The notes under the pieces were generated by a model that did not search any database, was not told where the DNA came from, and saw nothing but the letters and a program-made list of their open reading frames with translations. From contig CM000434.1 in assembly GCA_000165345.1 (NCBI GenBank), positions 832,001 to 896,000 on the forward strand: a DNA stretch of 64,000 nt, written 5' to 3'. The position numbers were made by a program, and so were the translations under genes. Below are positions 42,901-51,437 of the stretch, piece after piece (positions within the stretch are counted from its first letter, which is position 1; the number at the start of each line of letters is the position of its first letter).

Positions 42901-43716
42901 GAGAATATTGTAGCAAAGTATATTAGAGTCCATTTTCCTCAAGCAGGAAACTTTTCAAATATGACAATGGTAAAACTATTAAACAAAGAGACTAAGAGAG
43001 AATTTGCAGCAAAAATGATTAATGAGGAGGAAATACCAAAAAACAATACTATTGAGGATGTATTAATTGACGAGAATTCAAATTTTGAGTATCTTGGTAA
43101 GGTAGAGATAGTTACTCAAGATGAAAATGATGAGGACTACTCAACTATTAAATATGAAAATACATCAATTATTTCTGATAGAATGGGAGTTGATATTGAA
43201 AATAAGGATGTTATTTTCAGTCATCTTATAAAGTCAAGCAACGAAAGTAAAATATACAAAGAACCTTTGCTTTTAGATAAATATCAACCAGATTTTACAG
43301 GTGAATCATTTCCTGAATTCAAGATGGAGAAAGTTGTAATTCCTAATGAAAAAAGTACTGAAAATGAAATATCTCAGAGTTTTAATAAAGATTACAACTC
43401 TGAATCAAAATTAGGAACAAACGAAAAAAAAGAAAATTGGAATAATCACCAAAATGAAAATGGAGATTTGGATGAATATGAAGACTTATACTACTATGGA
43501 TTTGAAAATGATTATGGAAGCAATCATAGCAAGAATCAAATTAGTGACTTTATTCCTTTCATTTCAACCAATAACAAGAAAAACAAATGGGAAGTTCAAA
43601 TAAACAAATCTTCTGGAGATAATAGAAATATACAATATAAAATAACCAAAAAGAATATTCTTTTATTTATATTTGCTTGTTATACTCCTATAATTCTCAT
43701 GTTTGGTTTTATTTAA
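36907..43716 (+). CDS. Giant secreted mucin-like glycoprotein (about 2270 aa) with Thr/Pro tandem repeats, a PAN/apple-like Cys domain and a C-terminal hydrophobic (GPI-signal or TM) tail
   Basis: It is an uninterrupted ORF. The real ATG is at 36907 (the track starts at a TTG), followed by a signal peptide, LVLKTLLLLLLEYLIINFPGVSS. A poly-Thr run, TTTTTTTTSPVSTTTS, is followed by eight or more TTNPPSSI-type repeats. A Cys-patterned block, CYEEETRFYSPLEMAIPVDNIEQCILSCSNTPDCRYYSYGAFL..GTCILM, fits a PAN/apple fold. There are many N-glycosylation sequons. The terminus, ILLFIFACYTPIILMFGFI, is hydrophobic. Confidence 0.65.
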   Translation: MFTGSDLKNLVLKTLLLLLLEYLIINFPGVSSIDEKVQERKDDPVAHMDPAPPILFKEMKSPIVGVGDICFGNNCNYYQESKENSPSKDRESYHSVGSKVTRYICILLSENTFTREKEADLFFERLNEYTETSELPFSYVEFYEKLGVFVIDVRSSIKEYEERSIFPLAEGLKLIKKLDILNKADCTKDSLLSEQSVFTSGNEDKSTENYSNSYKWNWSSIPNNFVNFNRILKSEESQGNITNNNQGTEYLTDEAKLYKELDGYFLKKFNEASNLLNKLNMFSSPSSSSSNFNNPTVSSTSFSGGRQSSLWNALNFLSSFSNKEEKSRSTPIQEIEDPIFGKMDPTDGNSKLTISPLYLLGMNLKGKNITELSQKFKNQTSPIVPVDMSREDISLDNDLAMNIATVIFKGMSDSAAKLPPPFGNPAVKNEQKFPEYNYKNHINYLETNANNNYYNSPSISNWSYKPIPQGNNNVIGGYENDQSQLNIQSDHFKGGSFHPSSSNNAINTIDNSIIGFNSVSQVNSNSNSNKVGVHSQSGSGLAPNIFESIDTWGKQSSAYQSTSSSASPPSYYATNGIKTINPNQVTSNGKSNPDLKVPTINSPSTSEWMRKTISKQNEGGIKQPSFINSQNNQTEINKFANNMNQNTPPIVNSNGNHFNSPFSQLSKFSNNPFHGNSAGTTFVKMNGSVFDDDNDITSFHPEGFINKLPEHVQKNMTQSQRDKINLINAFIGTGFDTILQMNNIDSSSSYGNQNNDFFRSSPPKRRLFEIDSSTRGNKMVIDENMKDPNLSDQSNKEYEMYAKLLSNIDTNQGQDTAMAYVTGCDCDRFPEGVACPMVLSGEANIECIGYKVWNSARKGAPLSEIASAIDSAITSKARNIILPLKFDTKTIEENRAAPRILRHIMRRTSRENGILFALPTGNNGKQELDGSLDFPCDDLTGMYAFCVGSINNKNGMPSSFSNVPQLNNAIYANGEDVESIGINQQRRLFSGTGIALAQSIGALNIIQGITKDKTSSFDQLAILYSAPKKLPSRNFLEQLFANSSPITFKPQQQQQQFQKQSSRNETGSSDPVLMFGMGSGNNTNGALGSVSHERIMNSSLMSGNRDNDLDAIMARIESIEKSLAKSGLDGGTVFKGEFPVGGPFSSPSDSSTFSSSSTTTTTTTTSPVSTTTSNASTLTNITTEIPQILNYTNISSSSTSTPSISLNTSTPNIVTTLPSNITTNPPSSITTNPPSSIKTNPPSSIVTTPSSNIATNTPSNITTTTTTSPSRTPRASNPPLTENKEEEYGHYKESNYSPEIIGVVLDPKEVTEVSRLVHSSNEHYNEYYDRYGNHDTVDHEYENDDGYRQYYIDGNEDKNHNYGNTFNSEENMSRNLCYEEETRFYSPLEMAIPVDNIEQCILSCSNTPDCRYYSYGAFLKGPGSIIGTCILMPDKQGSVALPNFQSGALGCPVSASIAYAQAMEERLIQGISNANENSQKSSSAQVNNNLNSDWPGILSTSTVAVKSMSGFLSRFPLNDILQTSISLYNSGFLDQKGALRPSGAFEKQSILPPPGVGSPHVVCTLQGMQCCVPQKSAKGWRKKPPSFLRVEDPSCEAIYVSKTDMFCATTSLYDNQDISSSGYNSLDDFRSQPSFSSNSYSTNPKPSGSCGMVIIETSEHLIFQNTLKMPSKEMNNALCECKLNKRDKSIHGSGTWEYSVQAVQAAMSRKVEGDQLSSGVAQALAWVEAVGNDPNPAVNGLGELISQVAQRPNSDVELITQIPAISQNAVSNMLYNQQQQQIEEQEQIIKKQQSIQQYNNMRYLLSQNETDTNNANTQSQSDQCVTSWPEKCQIWKSKCEDNLIYGYKNPQCVPLTILENGCPMKQVGFKVNQINPGILSFSFKPMRFSDNSPFRIACQFSLIKCTLANIKSKCKSNGTNNFKKPKNLNGDDENNAINNIRKHLNNHKNQNNNKNNNLFHRKDTNDKSKNNELKHLFKIPMNYLPYIPKDTGESDEKSENIVAKYIRVHFPQAGNFSNMTMVKLLNKETKREFAAKMINEEEIPKNNTIEDVLIDENSNFEYLGKVEIVTQDENDEDYSTIKYENTSIISDRMGVDIENKDVIFSHLIKSSNESKIYKEPLLLDKYQPDFTGESFPEFKMEKVVIPNEKSTENEISQSFNKDYNSESKLGTNEKKENWNNHQNENGDLDEYEDLYYYGFENDYGSNHSKNQISDFIPFISTNNKKNKWEVQINKSSGDNRNIQYKITKKNILLFIFACYTPIILMFGFI
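40549..40700. repeat. Imperfect 24-nt tandem repeat (ACAAACCCTCCTTCCAGCATCACG)n, about 6 units, encoding TNPPSSI(T/V/K)T mucin repeats
   Basis: The repeat is read directly from the DNA, and the units diverge at third codon positions. An adjacent ACC/ACA/ACT Thr-codon run lies at 40375..40400. Confidence 0.8.
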
Positions 43717-43901
43717 GCATAGGAAAAACTACCCCACAGAATAATCATTCCAACTCTTCATGAATTACTTTGAAATAAAAAAAAAGATTTAAAAGGGAAC
43801 TAAGAAAAATTACAAAAATACCTAAGCAATAAAATTTGATTTCTTCCTCCTTCCCCCCATAAATCTAATATTAAAAATTTTTTAAAAAAAATATATAAAA
43901 A

Positions 43902-43945
43902 GGTACCCGGTACCTTTTTTTTGAAAGAAATTATATATGCCGGTA
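43902..43945. promoter_or_regulatory. Palindromic GGTACCCGGTACC plus GCCGGTATATT
   Basis: There are two ACCGGT-type elements 30 bp apart, about 280 bp upstream of a candidate first exon at 44221. Confidence 0.3.
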
Positions 43946-44561
43946 TATTATTTAACGGTGTGAAGATTAGCAAGAAAACTTTTTTTTTATTTAGGATCAT
44001 GGAAACTTGAAAGATTTGAGTTTTAATAGAGAAACAGTCAAAGCAGCTTTTTTTTTTTCTTCCTTTTATAACTCTAACTTAAGACACCAATAAATGGTGG
44101 ATCTGGAAATAAATATATATTAATATATTTCGATAATTCACCCGAAGTAAAAATTTGAAAATGCTGAAAATTGATAGGCAAAATAAAAAAGGGGCCTCTC
44201 AACCATTAGAAAGAAATATTATGAAATGTTCTCCTGAAGTAAGTTTTGAAAATGAGTAGGAAAGTTGGAGAAATGTATTTATAAATGTTATATTATATGC
44301 ATTACCAATTCCTTTATTTATTTGATTTCAACGTTATTATTATTCTATTTATATAAAATTCAAATTTTAAATATTTAAATATTAGATTAATTTAAGTTCC
44401 TTTGCATTTTTATTTTCTGAAATGGTTCAATATTCCCTATCTTGCCTGAAACCAGGAATTAGGCTTGAAGATAAGTAAGTTGATAAAATATTGACTTTAT
44501 TACCTTTGATGGATTGCAAATTGTTAATTATTAACTCTTTTAAAATTAAAGACTTCATGAA

Positions 44562-45111
44562 ATGGGGATTTCTGTTGGATTTAAAATAGTTGAGCTAATT
44601 TCAATTAGAGATAAAGCTCATCAAAAAAGAGAAACTAGAATACTTCAAATTCTTTCTTTTATATCTCAAAAGTGTTGGAAGTATTTATTTGGACATACTG
44701 GGGATTTACTTAAAGGGCAGGAATCTGATGATGAATGTAAGTTGAAAAATTATGATTTAAAGCTCAGAAAACCAAGAATATTTAAATTTCTTTTTCTCAG
44801 ATATGATCAATGATAAAAATCTTCTTTTAAACAAATTCATCTCTGTACCAAGGGTAGGTAGTGTTTGAATATTATTACAATAATAATAATTTTAACAAAA
44901 TGATTAATTAACCAATATTTAGGATCTTGAACATATTAATTGTGGTGCATATGCTGCAGGAATTGTATCAGGTATTCTAGATAGTTCAGAATTTCCTGCC
45001 AATGTGACAGCTCATACCACTGAAGATACCCCAAATAACTATAGTACAACCATTTTGATTAAATTCGACAAATCTGTACTTCTTAGAGATAAATCTATTC
45101 AATCATTTTAG
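44562..45111 (+). CDS. TRAPP complex subunit TRAPPC5/Trs31 (Bet3 family); join(44562..44736,44801..44853,44923..45111), with possible extra 5-prime exons 44221..44238 and 44456..44474
   Basis: The track shows only an 83-aa fragment. GTAAGT donors at 44737 and 44854, with acceptors TTTTTCTCAG (ending 44800) and ATATTTAG (ending 44922), give an in-frame product: ...RETRILQILSFISQKCWKYLFGHTGDLLKGQESDDE-YMINDKNLLLNKFISVPR-DLEHINCGAYAAGIVSGILDSSEFPANVTAHTTEDTPNNYSTTILIKFDKSVLLRDKSIQSF. This matches the TRAPPC5 C-terminus as I remember it (FPAKVTAH....TTLMIKFDESVIARD). Confidence 0.65.
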
Positions 45112-45225
45112 TGAATAACTTTTTACTCATTTTCACTCTTATTTACAGAATTAGCTTGAATAATTATTTATATCAATATTAGATTATATACTTGATTACC
45201 AATAATTGTTGAATAATAAAAACCA

Positions 45226-47136
45226 TTATAAATTACAGAATCTATATATAGTCACAGAATATTTAGGCACATTCAACATATAGGATACATTATTTTCTGC
45301 AGAATCTTGTATTGAATACTTGATTTGCCCTTTTTTAGGGCTTGTATAGCTACCATCCCATCCTCCGTATTCTTCAGATTGAGAATTAAACTCTTGCTTC
45401 AATTCCCTACCAAAAGATTGGATAATGTTCTGATCTATCTTAACTTGGTAATTATTTTCAAGCCATTCAGTTTTATCCATATTTACAACACATAAAAATG
45501 CTTTGTCCTTGCTTTTTCTAATAAAAACAACGACAAAGTTTGACGTGTTTACATTAAAATGAGAGAAGTTATTGTAATTTGAGGCAAATACTTCTTTTTC
45601 TTTAGTTTTAAGAAGATTGATATCTTTAACCAATTTTCTCATTTGTTGTGTGACTTGGTCATTATTCTTAATTAATCCCCAATCATAGTTATAAGCTTTA
45701 TCTTTAGCTGACCACCATTTCCCTTGTAGATTCTCTGTACCCATAAAAACCATTGGTATTCCAAAAGATATACAAGATAATGAATACAATAACCTACAGT
45801 ATGCTCTTGCATCCCAATTTTGTCTTCCACCAAATTGATCTACTATATATCTCCCAATGCGATCATCACCAGAGGGATTACCACCATTACATCTATTCCC
45901 AGCTTGATCATGATTCCCTAACATTGTTAGAATGCATTGACTAGTGGAATCAAACCCACTGTGACCTTGTATTAGAGATTTAGAATATCCAGAATTCCAT
46001 TCTTGCTGAGTTTTTTGGTTCCTAAACTGAGAAATAATATCATAATATGATGAGTGAATCCAACATGAATCAAATCCACATTCTTTTAAATAGTTTGGGT
46101 TTTCAGGTACAACTTCTGCAATTAGAAACCTACCAGGAAATTCTTCCTTCAATCTAAATGTGATATTCTTCAATAACCAGTTTGGCATATTATGAACACT
46201 ATCAAAACGTATTCCATCAACTCCATACTCACCCAAAAGTACTCTACATGCTTCATATAACATATCTTGTACTTCTTTTTTATGGAAATTGAATTTGGCT
46301 CCCCAGCCAGTATCACCACCTCCCTCAAAGTATATTCCTCCTTGGTGATTATATCCATCAAAATTCCATAGTGAGTTAAGCTTGGATGCTCCGTGATGAA
46401 GAACTAAATCTACAACAATAAATAAATCTTTTTCATGGACTTTCTGGACTAAATATATGAAGTCATCAACCGACCCTAAGTGACTATTAATACTTAATAG
46501 TAGCCTTGGGTTATAGCCCCATTCTCCACAATACTCTACAATAGGCATAAGCTCTAAACAATTAAAGTTTAAATCCTTAATGTTGTCGAGCCCATAGTCA
46601 GCAATTTGCCTAAAAAAGCTCGGGTTCTTGCTAAATTTTGCTTCAGATTGAAGTGGAAAGTACTCTGAAAATCTTCGAATGTAACTTTCAACGTGTAACT
46701 CATAAATAATTAAATGATTAAACTCATGTTTTTTTAAATATTCTCGAATTGACTTATTAAAGTTTCCAAGAGTATCAGTAATGTAAGATGAATCAGTATC
46801 ATAATCAGTATATCTAGCATAAGGATCCCTCCTTGTTATTTTTTCTCCATTTGATGTTTCCAACAGAAAGTGATACCTTTCATTCATATTCACATTTTTC
46901 ATTATCACTCTTTTTATATTTATTTCATCGTCATTTTCCATTAAGAAGCTTTCATTTGTACCACTATTTACGAGCCAAACATTCTTACAATGCACTACCC
47001 ATAACCTAAAAATACATATACCAAATTCTTTATAAAACATTGCTCCCATCTTTTTTTCCTGTTTCTTAATGTAATTTGGCAACTCTTCATATTTAATTTG
47101 ACTCCATTCAACCTTTTCATTTCTCAATTCACTCAT
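45226..47136 (-). CDS. GH13 alpha-glucan branching enzyme-like protein (amylopectin/glycogen metabolism) with an N-terminal CBM48-like domain
   Basis: The 636-aa ORF starts at an ATG. It carries the GH13 conserved regions I (VVDLVLHHGAS), II (GIRFDSVHNM, with the catalytic Asp), III (FLIAEVVPE, with the catalytic Glu) and IV (LGNHDQ). An N-terminal beta-sandwich (WVVHCKNVWLVNSG..YHFLLET..RRDPYAR) is typical of branching and debranching enzymes. Confidence 0.65.
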   Translation of the reverse strand: MSELRNEKVEWSQIKYEELPNYIKKQEKKMGAMFYKEFGICIFRLWVVHCKNVWLVNSGTNESFLMENDDEINIKRVIMKNVNMNERYHFLLETSNGEKITRRDPYARYTDYDTDSSYITDTLGNFNKSIREYLKKHEFNHLIIYELHVESYIRRFSEYFPLQSEAKFSKNPSFFRQIADYGLDNIKDLNFNCLELMPIVEYCGEWGYNPRLLLSINSHLGSVDDFIYLVQKVHEKDLFIVVDLVLHHGASKLNSLWNFDGYNHQGGIYFEGGGDTGWGAKFNFHKKEVQDMLYEACRVLLGEYGVDGIRFDSVHNMPNWLLKNITFRLKEEFPGRFLIAEVVPENPNYLKECGFDSCWIHSSYYDIISQFRNQKTQQEWNSGYSKSLIQGHSGFDSTSQCILTMLGNHDQAGNRCNGGNPSGDDRIGRYIVDQFGGRQNWDARAYCRLLYSLSCISFGIPMVFMGTENLQGKWWSAKDKAYNYDWGLIKNNDQVTQQMRKLVKDINLLKTKEKEVFASNYNNFSHFNVNTSNFVVVFIRKSKDKAFLCVVNMDKTEWLENNYQVKIDQNIIQSFGRELKQEFNSQSEEYGGWDGSYTSPKKGQIKYSIQDSAENNVSYMLNVPKYSVTIYRFCNL

Positions 47137-47310
47137 ATTAATTACTTGATTTGATTATTCAGTTTTGAAGCTTTTTATATATTCTTGTAAAAAGAATTTC
47201 TTTTTTTTTTTAAAAAAAAAAATAACTTTTTTTAAAGAATTATTTAATTAAAACAAATGTTAAACTATTTTTTTCCACATGCATTTGTACAGCTCTATAA
47301 ATTTGTTGTA

Positions 47311-47391
47311 TACCGGCATTTTAACAAATTTGCATGCATACGAAGTGACGTGTCATTTTTTTTTAAATGACTAATCGACACGTATGTGGAC
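47311..47391. promoter_or_regulatory. Motif cluster TACCGGCA, TGCATGCATACG, GACGTGTC, ACACGTATG between the branching-enzyme and GYF genes
   Basis: This is a divergent spacer; each gene starts on its own side. Confidence 0.35.
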
Positions 47392-48102
47392 AAATATGTT
47401 ACAAAGAATAAATAACAAAGATTCGCTAAAATTTAGAATTTTGATTTTTTTTCCAATTTTTTTTTAAAAAAAGGGAATAAATGTAAAAATAAAATCATCG
47501 TAATAAGTGTCAAATACTACAATCGAAAGAAAAGAAAATCGATCTGGATATTTCTCTTCCATTTTAAATAATCATATTCAAAAAATAATATTATAGTTAA
47601 CTGAATATCATGGTAAATATATTTGGTGAAGAGTAATATTTTCAAATATTAAGTTAAACTCGATAAAAAAAAAATAATTTTTTGAAATATTTACAATATA
47701 TATCAATATTAAATAAATTATTAAAGTTGGCGCGTAAATGTTAATGTCAAATAGAAATAGCCAGATACTTTAAAACAGTCAAAAAGGGAAGATAAGTAGT
47801 TATTATATATTAAATTTCAATTGAAATTTAATATGTTTTTGCGTCAAAAATTTTAATATAAAAATTCAAAAATAGTTATTTGAGACTAAAAAAAAATTCA
47901 ACAAATACTTTAATATTTAATAAAAAGACTTTCAATATATAAGTTATACTCTTAAATAACAATTTATTATAGTAAAAGATTCATTGATAAAACAATTGAC
48001 TAAAAGCTATTCTTTTTGGTATTTATGAGCAAAAGTTCAAGTGTAGTTTTCTTTGGGTTTTATTGGGATTAGACAAAATAGATGAGACTGTGAGTATACA
48101 AG

Positions 48103-50520
48103 ATGAGCCAAGATCGAAATAATTCATATAAATTGGATAAATCTAATTTAAATATTAGACAGATTATTTCAAAAAATATATATCCAATTGAGGTTTTATT
48201 AAAACTTTATAAGCCTTTAAATGTTCCAAGAAGTATCTTCAAATTGGAAACAGCTATTCAAAGGAGTAATATTCACACTTCGAATAATTTTGGATTTTCA
48301 AGAAATTCTGGCTCTAATAGACAATACTCTAATTATTTAGAAAGAAAACATAAAAATGGATATTTTAATAATCAAAATAAAGCTTTCAGTACGTTTGATA
48401 CAAATCACTCCCCCACAAAAAATCCACAAGTTTTTGAAGAGGGAGGAGCTAATGGAATAAATAATGGGTATTCTTGGAGGAAGAATAAGCCTATAACAGA
48501 TAATAATGTTAATCAAGAATCTAAACGTGGAAATCATACCAAACCAAGTAAAAACACTGAAAAAGTGGAGACTGCAATAGGATTTAGCGCTCGTAACCAA
48601 TTAACTGATTTAGAGAAAGATATGTCATCCATTGAGAAAATCTTAAACAATAGGTTTGAAAAGGAGAGCATTGATTCTGAGAAATTTATTAGAAATAAGC
48701 TTGTTATGGCATTAGAAGGAATTGACTCGAGAATTTCTCAAAGTCACAATACCGAAACGCTGTCGGGTGTTAATAATAGTGAGAAAATCAAAGTGCCATT
48801 TTCTGATAAGTTAATTGATACTGGAAGTGATTTAACTGATGAAAAGGCTCATAATGTAATTCACAGTGATTTCAAAGACATAATGTTATCTAATTACTAT
48901 TATCATGGTAATTGTGCAACAGCAGATTCAAGACTATTTAAGAGTAATATAGTCAAAAACAATGTATTGAATGGTAAGTTTGTAAACAATTCAAGAACCG
49001 TTCAGAATATAAGCTGTAACAATGATCTTAATAGCTTTAATGAGAGTAATATAGGAATTGATAGCAATAATATAAATGTTAATTTATTGGGTATTGAAAC
49101 TAATAAAGACCATTCAAGGGTAAATAATATCCAAAACAACTTTAATAATTTCAGAATTGATAACCAATTAATTCAAAATCAACATAAAGTTGGTCTGGAA
49201 ATGAGACAAGAAATAGATATGCTTAATATTCCGATTTGGTTATATAAAGAATCAGGTTCTTTAACAGTGAATGGACCTTTTTCAACAAGACATATGAGCA
49301 GTTTATGGAAAAGTTATACATTTACTCATGAAACATTGTTTACAATGACTTCAAAACATGTTTGGGGACCAATAAACTTATTTTACCCAGATGTTAAATC
49401 AACATTTACTTATATTCCTGATTTGGAAGTAATATTACAAAGACTTACAGATTCTTCAATCCAAAATGATAAAGTAGAGAAAATTAAAAGTGAGGATATT
49501 TCATCTATTATTTCAGAAATCAATGAGCTACAATTAGATGTTGGTGATCACCATATTTCTGCTCCGAAGTTGATTAGTAATGAAAAGGTGAATAAAAGTT
49601 TTAATACTGAAAAGAATTTATCCAGTACTCTAAGTTCTGGAAAAGATTCAGTTAAAGTGAAAGATTTAAAGTCTGATCGTGATAACTCAGTTGTCGAATC
49701 ACAAAAAAGTGAGAATAATTGTGATCTTGTATCAGAAATAATACAACCTTCATCCGCAAAAGTTCCTTGGGGAGGGGTTACTACTGAAAATTTTAAAGCA
49801 AAGAGAGAAGTTGTGAATTTCCAGGATATATTAAGAGAGGAAGAGATCACTTCTAAGGAAAAGCTTAGAATAGAAGCTATGAATCGAGCAAATAATAAGA
49901 GCAATAATTTGGAAGCTTTCAATAATAAAGATACACCTAAAGGTTGGAAAAGAATTCCGAAGGAAAGATCGTGTATTTTTTTGGATTCAATTGATGAACA
50001 AGATTCTTCAGTCAATGATCAAACTAATCAGATCTTATATAAAGTACCTTACTCGAATAATATTAATATTAATAATGGGAATAAATGGAAAGGTTGGGGA
50101 ATCAAATCTGGAGAATCAACAAATGCTGATTTATTTGAAACCATTGCTTTGAATTCGGTCAATAACTTTTCAACGAATCAAATACAACGAAACAATCAAA
50201 AGGGTTTCTGGGAAATGTGTAATTCCGACTCTTTACACAAAAGTTATATGTGGGGTAATAATAATCGTATTATGACATGTAATCAAGTTAATGAAAACAT
50301 TGGTTCAGAGGTAATCGATCATAAAGCAGAATGTAGTTTTGATGAGATTGAGAAGGAAGAAATAAATAAAGACCTTTACAAGGAATCTGAGCTTAATACC
50401 ACAACCAAACTTTTAAATCATAAAAATAAGAGAAAAAAAGGAAAGAAAGTAGACTCATCTCTGTTAGCTTTTGGAATCCGTTCAGACAAACCACGAAATT
50501 TGAATTATGATTTGGATTAG
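48103..50520 (+). CDS. GYF-domain-containing low-complexity protein
   Basis: The 805-aa ORF starts at an ATG and is Asn-rich. The central segment NIPIWLYKESGSLTVNGPFSTRHMSSLWKSYTFT fits the GYF consensus W.Y.D..G...GPF....M..W...GYF. There is a basic C-terminus, KNKRKKGKK. Confidence 0.5.
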   Translation: MSQDRNNSYKLDKSNLNIRQIISKNIYPIEVLLKLYKPLNVPRSIFKLETAIQRSNIHTSNNFGFSRNSGSNRQYSNYLERKHKNGYFNNQNKAFSTFDTNHSPTKNPQVFEEGGANGINNGYSWRKNKPITDNNVNQESKRGNHTKPSKNTEKVETAIGFSARNQLTDLEKDMSSIEKILNNRFEKESIDSEKFIRNKLVMALEGIDSRISQSHNTETLSGVNNSEKIKVPFSDKLIDTGSDLTDEKAHNVIHSDFKDIMLSNYYYHGNCATADSRLFKSNIVKNNVLNGKFVNNSRTVQNISCNNDLNSFNESNIGIDSNNINVNLLGIETNKDHSRVNNIQNNFNNFRIDNQLIQNQHKVGLEMRQEIDMLNIPIWLYKESGSLTVNGPFSTRHMSSLWKSYTFTHETLFTMTSKHVWGPINLFYPDVKSTFTYIPDLEVILQRLTDSSIQNDKVEKIKSEDISSIISEINELQLDVGDHHISAPKLISNEKVNKSFNTEKNLSSTLSSGKDSVKVKDLKSDRDNSVVESQKSENNCDLVSEIIQPSSAKVPWGGVTTENFKAKREVVNFQDILREEEITSKEKLRIEAMNRANNKSNNLEAFNNKDTPKGWKRIPKERSCIFLDSIDEQDSSVNDQTNQILYKVPYSNNININNGNKWKGWGIKSGESTNADLFETIALNSVNNFSTNQIQRNNQKGFWEMCNSDSLHKSYMWGNNNRIMTCNQVNENIGSEVIDHKAECSFDEIEKEEINKDLYKESELNTTTKLLNHKNKRKKGKKVDSSLLAFGIRSDKPRNLNYDLD

Positions 50521-50669
50521 GGATCAAATATAGTTAAATATTTAAAATGATCATTTATCAATCTTTTTTTTTACTATTTTTGAATATTTCTTGTATATTA
50601 TTTAATGTATATAATTGTAGAATTTTTCTTTCCCCCCACATACACACACATGTGGACAAATAATTCAAT

Positions 50670-50739
50670 ACCGGTATTTCGTAATATGACAAAATTGCAT
50701 GCACATACGTGTAAAAAAAGTTTGCATGCAATTACGTGG
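50670..50739. promoter_or_regulatory. Motif cluster ACCGGT, TGCATGCACATACGTG, TGCATGCAATTACGTGG
   Basis: ACCGGT is at 50670..50675. TGCATGCA occurs twice, each followed within 10 bp by ACGTG. The cluster is about 700 bp upstream of the 51438 gene. Confidence 0.35.
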
Positions 50740-51437
50740 TAGAAAGTAGATTATTATGCGAATAAGTAAATGCGATTAGTTTTTATAAAGTTAGTTTTAA
50801 TATATGAAATATAAGATTTTTTTTTCTTCTAAATTTGTTTCATCAGAAAAAAATTGGTAAAGAATAAATTTAGTTGAATAAAAAATAATAATAATAATAG
50901 GAAAACTTTAACTTTGATAAATAGTGGTTAAGTGAGTTATTATGGCCTTTAGCTACAAAAAAAATGGCTACACAGTTTGGCGGCAAGTGCGTAGAAATTG
51001 TGGATGTGTGTGAGAATGGAAATAAATTAAGCTGGAGAAAAAAAAAAAATCGTATTTAATAAAGTAAATGGAAAAGGCCTGCTCAAATAGAGAGGAAAGA
51101 AAGACCAAGAAAGAGAAATAGTATTGATCCAGCGAGAAGTGAAGAAAAGTAGGCGAGTAAAGATAGGAAAGAACGAAGATTGTGAAGTTGAAATATTGGA
51201 GTAGATGAACATAAATTGAGCCATAATAAAGAGGTATATATACATATATCTATATATGTATATATGCAATATATACGTGGAATGCATAATTAATAGAGAT
51301 ACAAGTTTCGAAGCAAAGGCATTTTCACGCACAAAATAATTTATTTTCTAGGTATTAAATTAAATTACATGAAATTAAATCGGAAATTTCAAAAGGAAAG
51401 CAAATATAATTGAAATTTTAGTGGATAATTCAATGAG

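Noticed and set aside
44562-44813. 83-aa ORF 44562..44813 as a stand-alone small protein
   Set aside because: Its C-terminus, KLKNYDLKLRKPRIFKFLFLRYDQ, is read-through of an intron. GTAAGT at 44737 splices to downstream exons that restore strong TRAPPC5 similarity.
51027-51332. ORF 51027..51332 (-) and a possible repeat array over TATATACATATATCTATATATGTATATATGC. A similar AT-repeat region lies at 15700..15780.
   Set aside because: It is a simple (TA)n/(TATG)n low-complexity microsatellite in an intergenic spacer. It is not a spacer-repeat array, and the ORF is a composition artefact.
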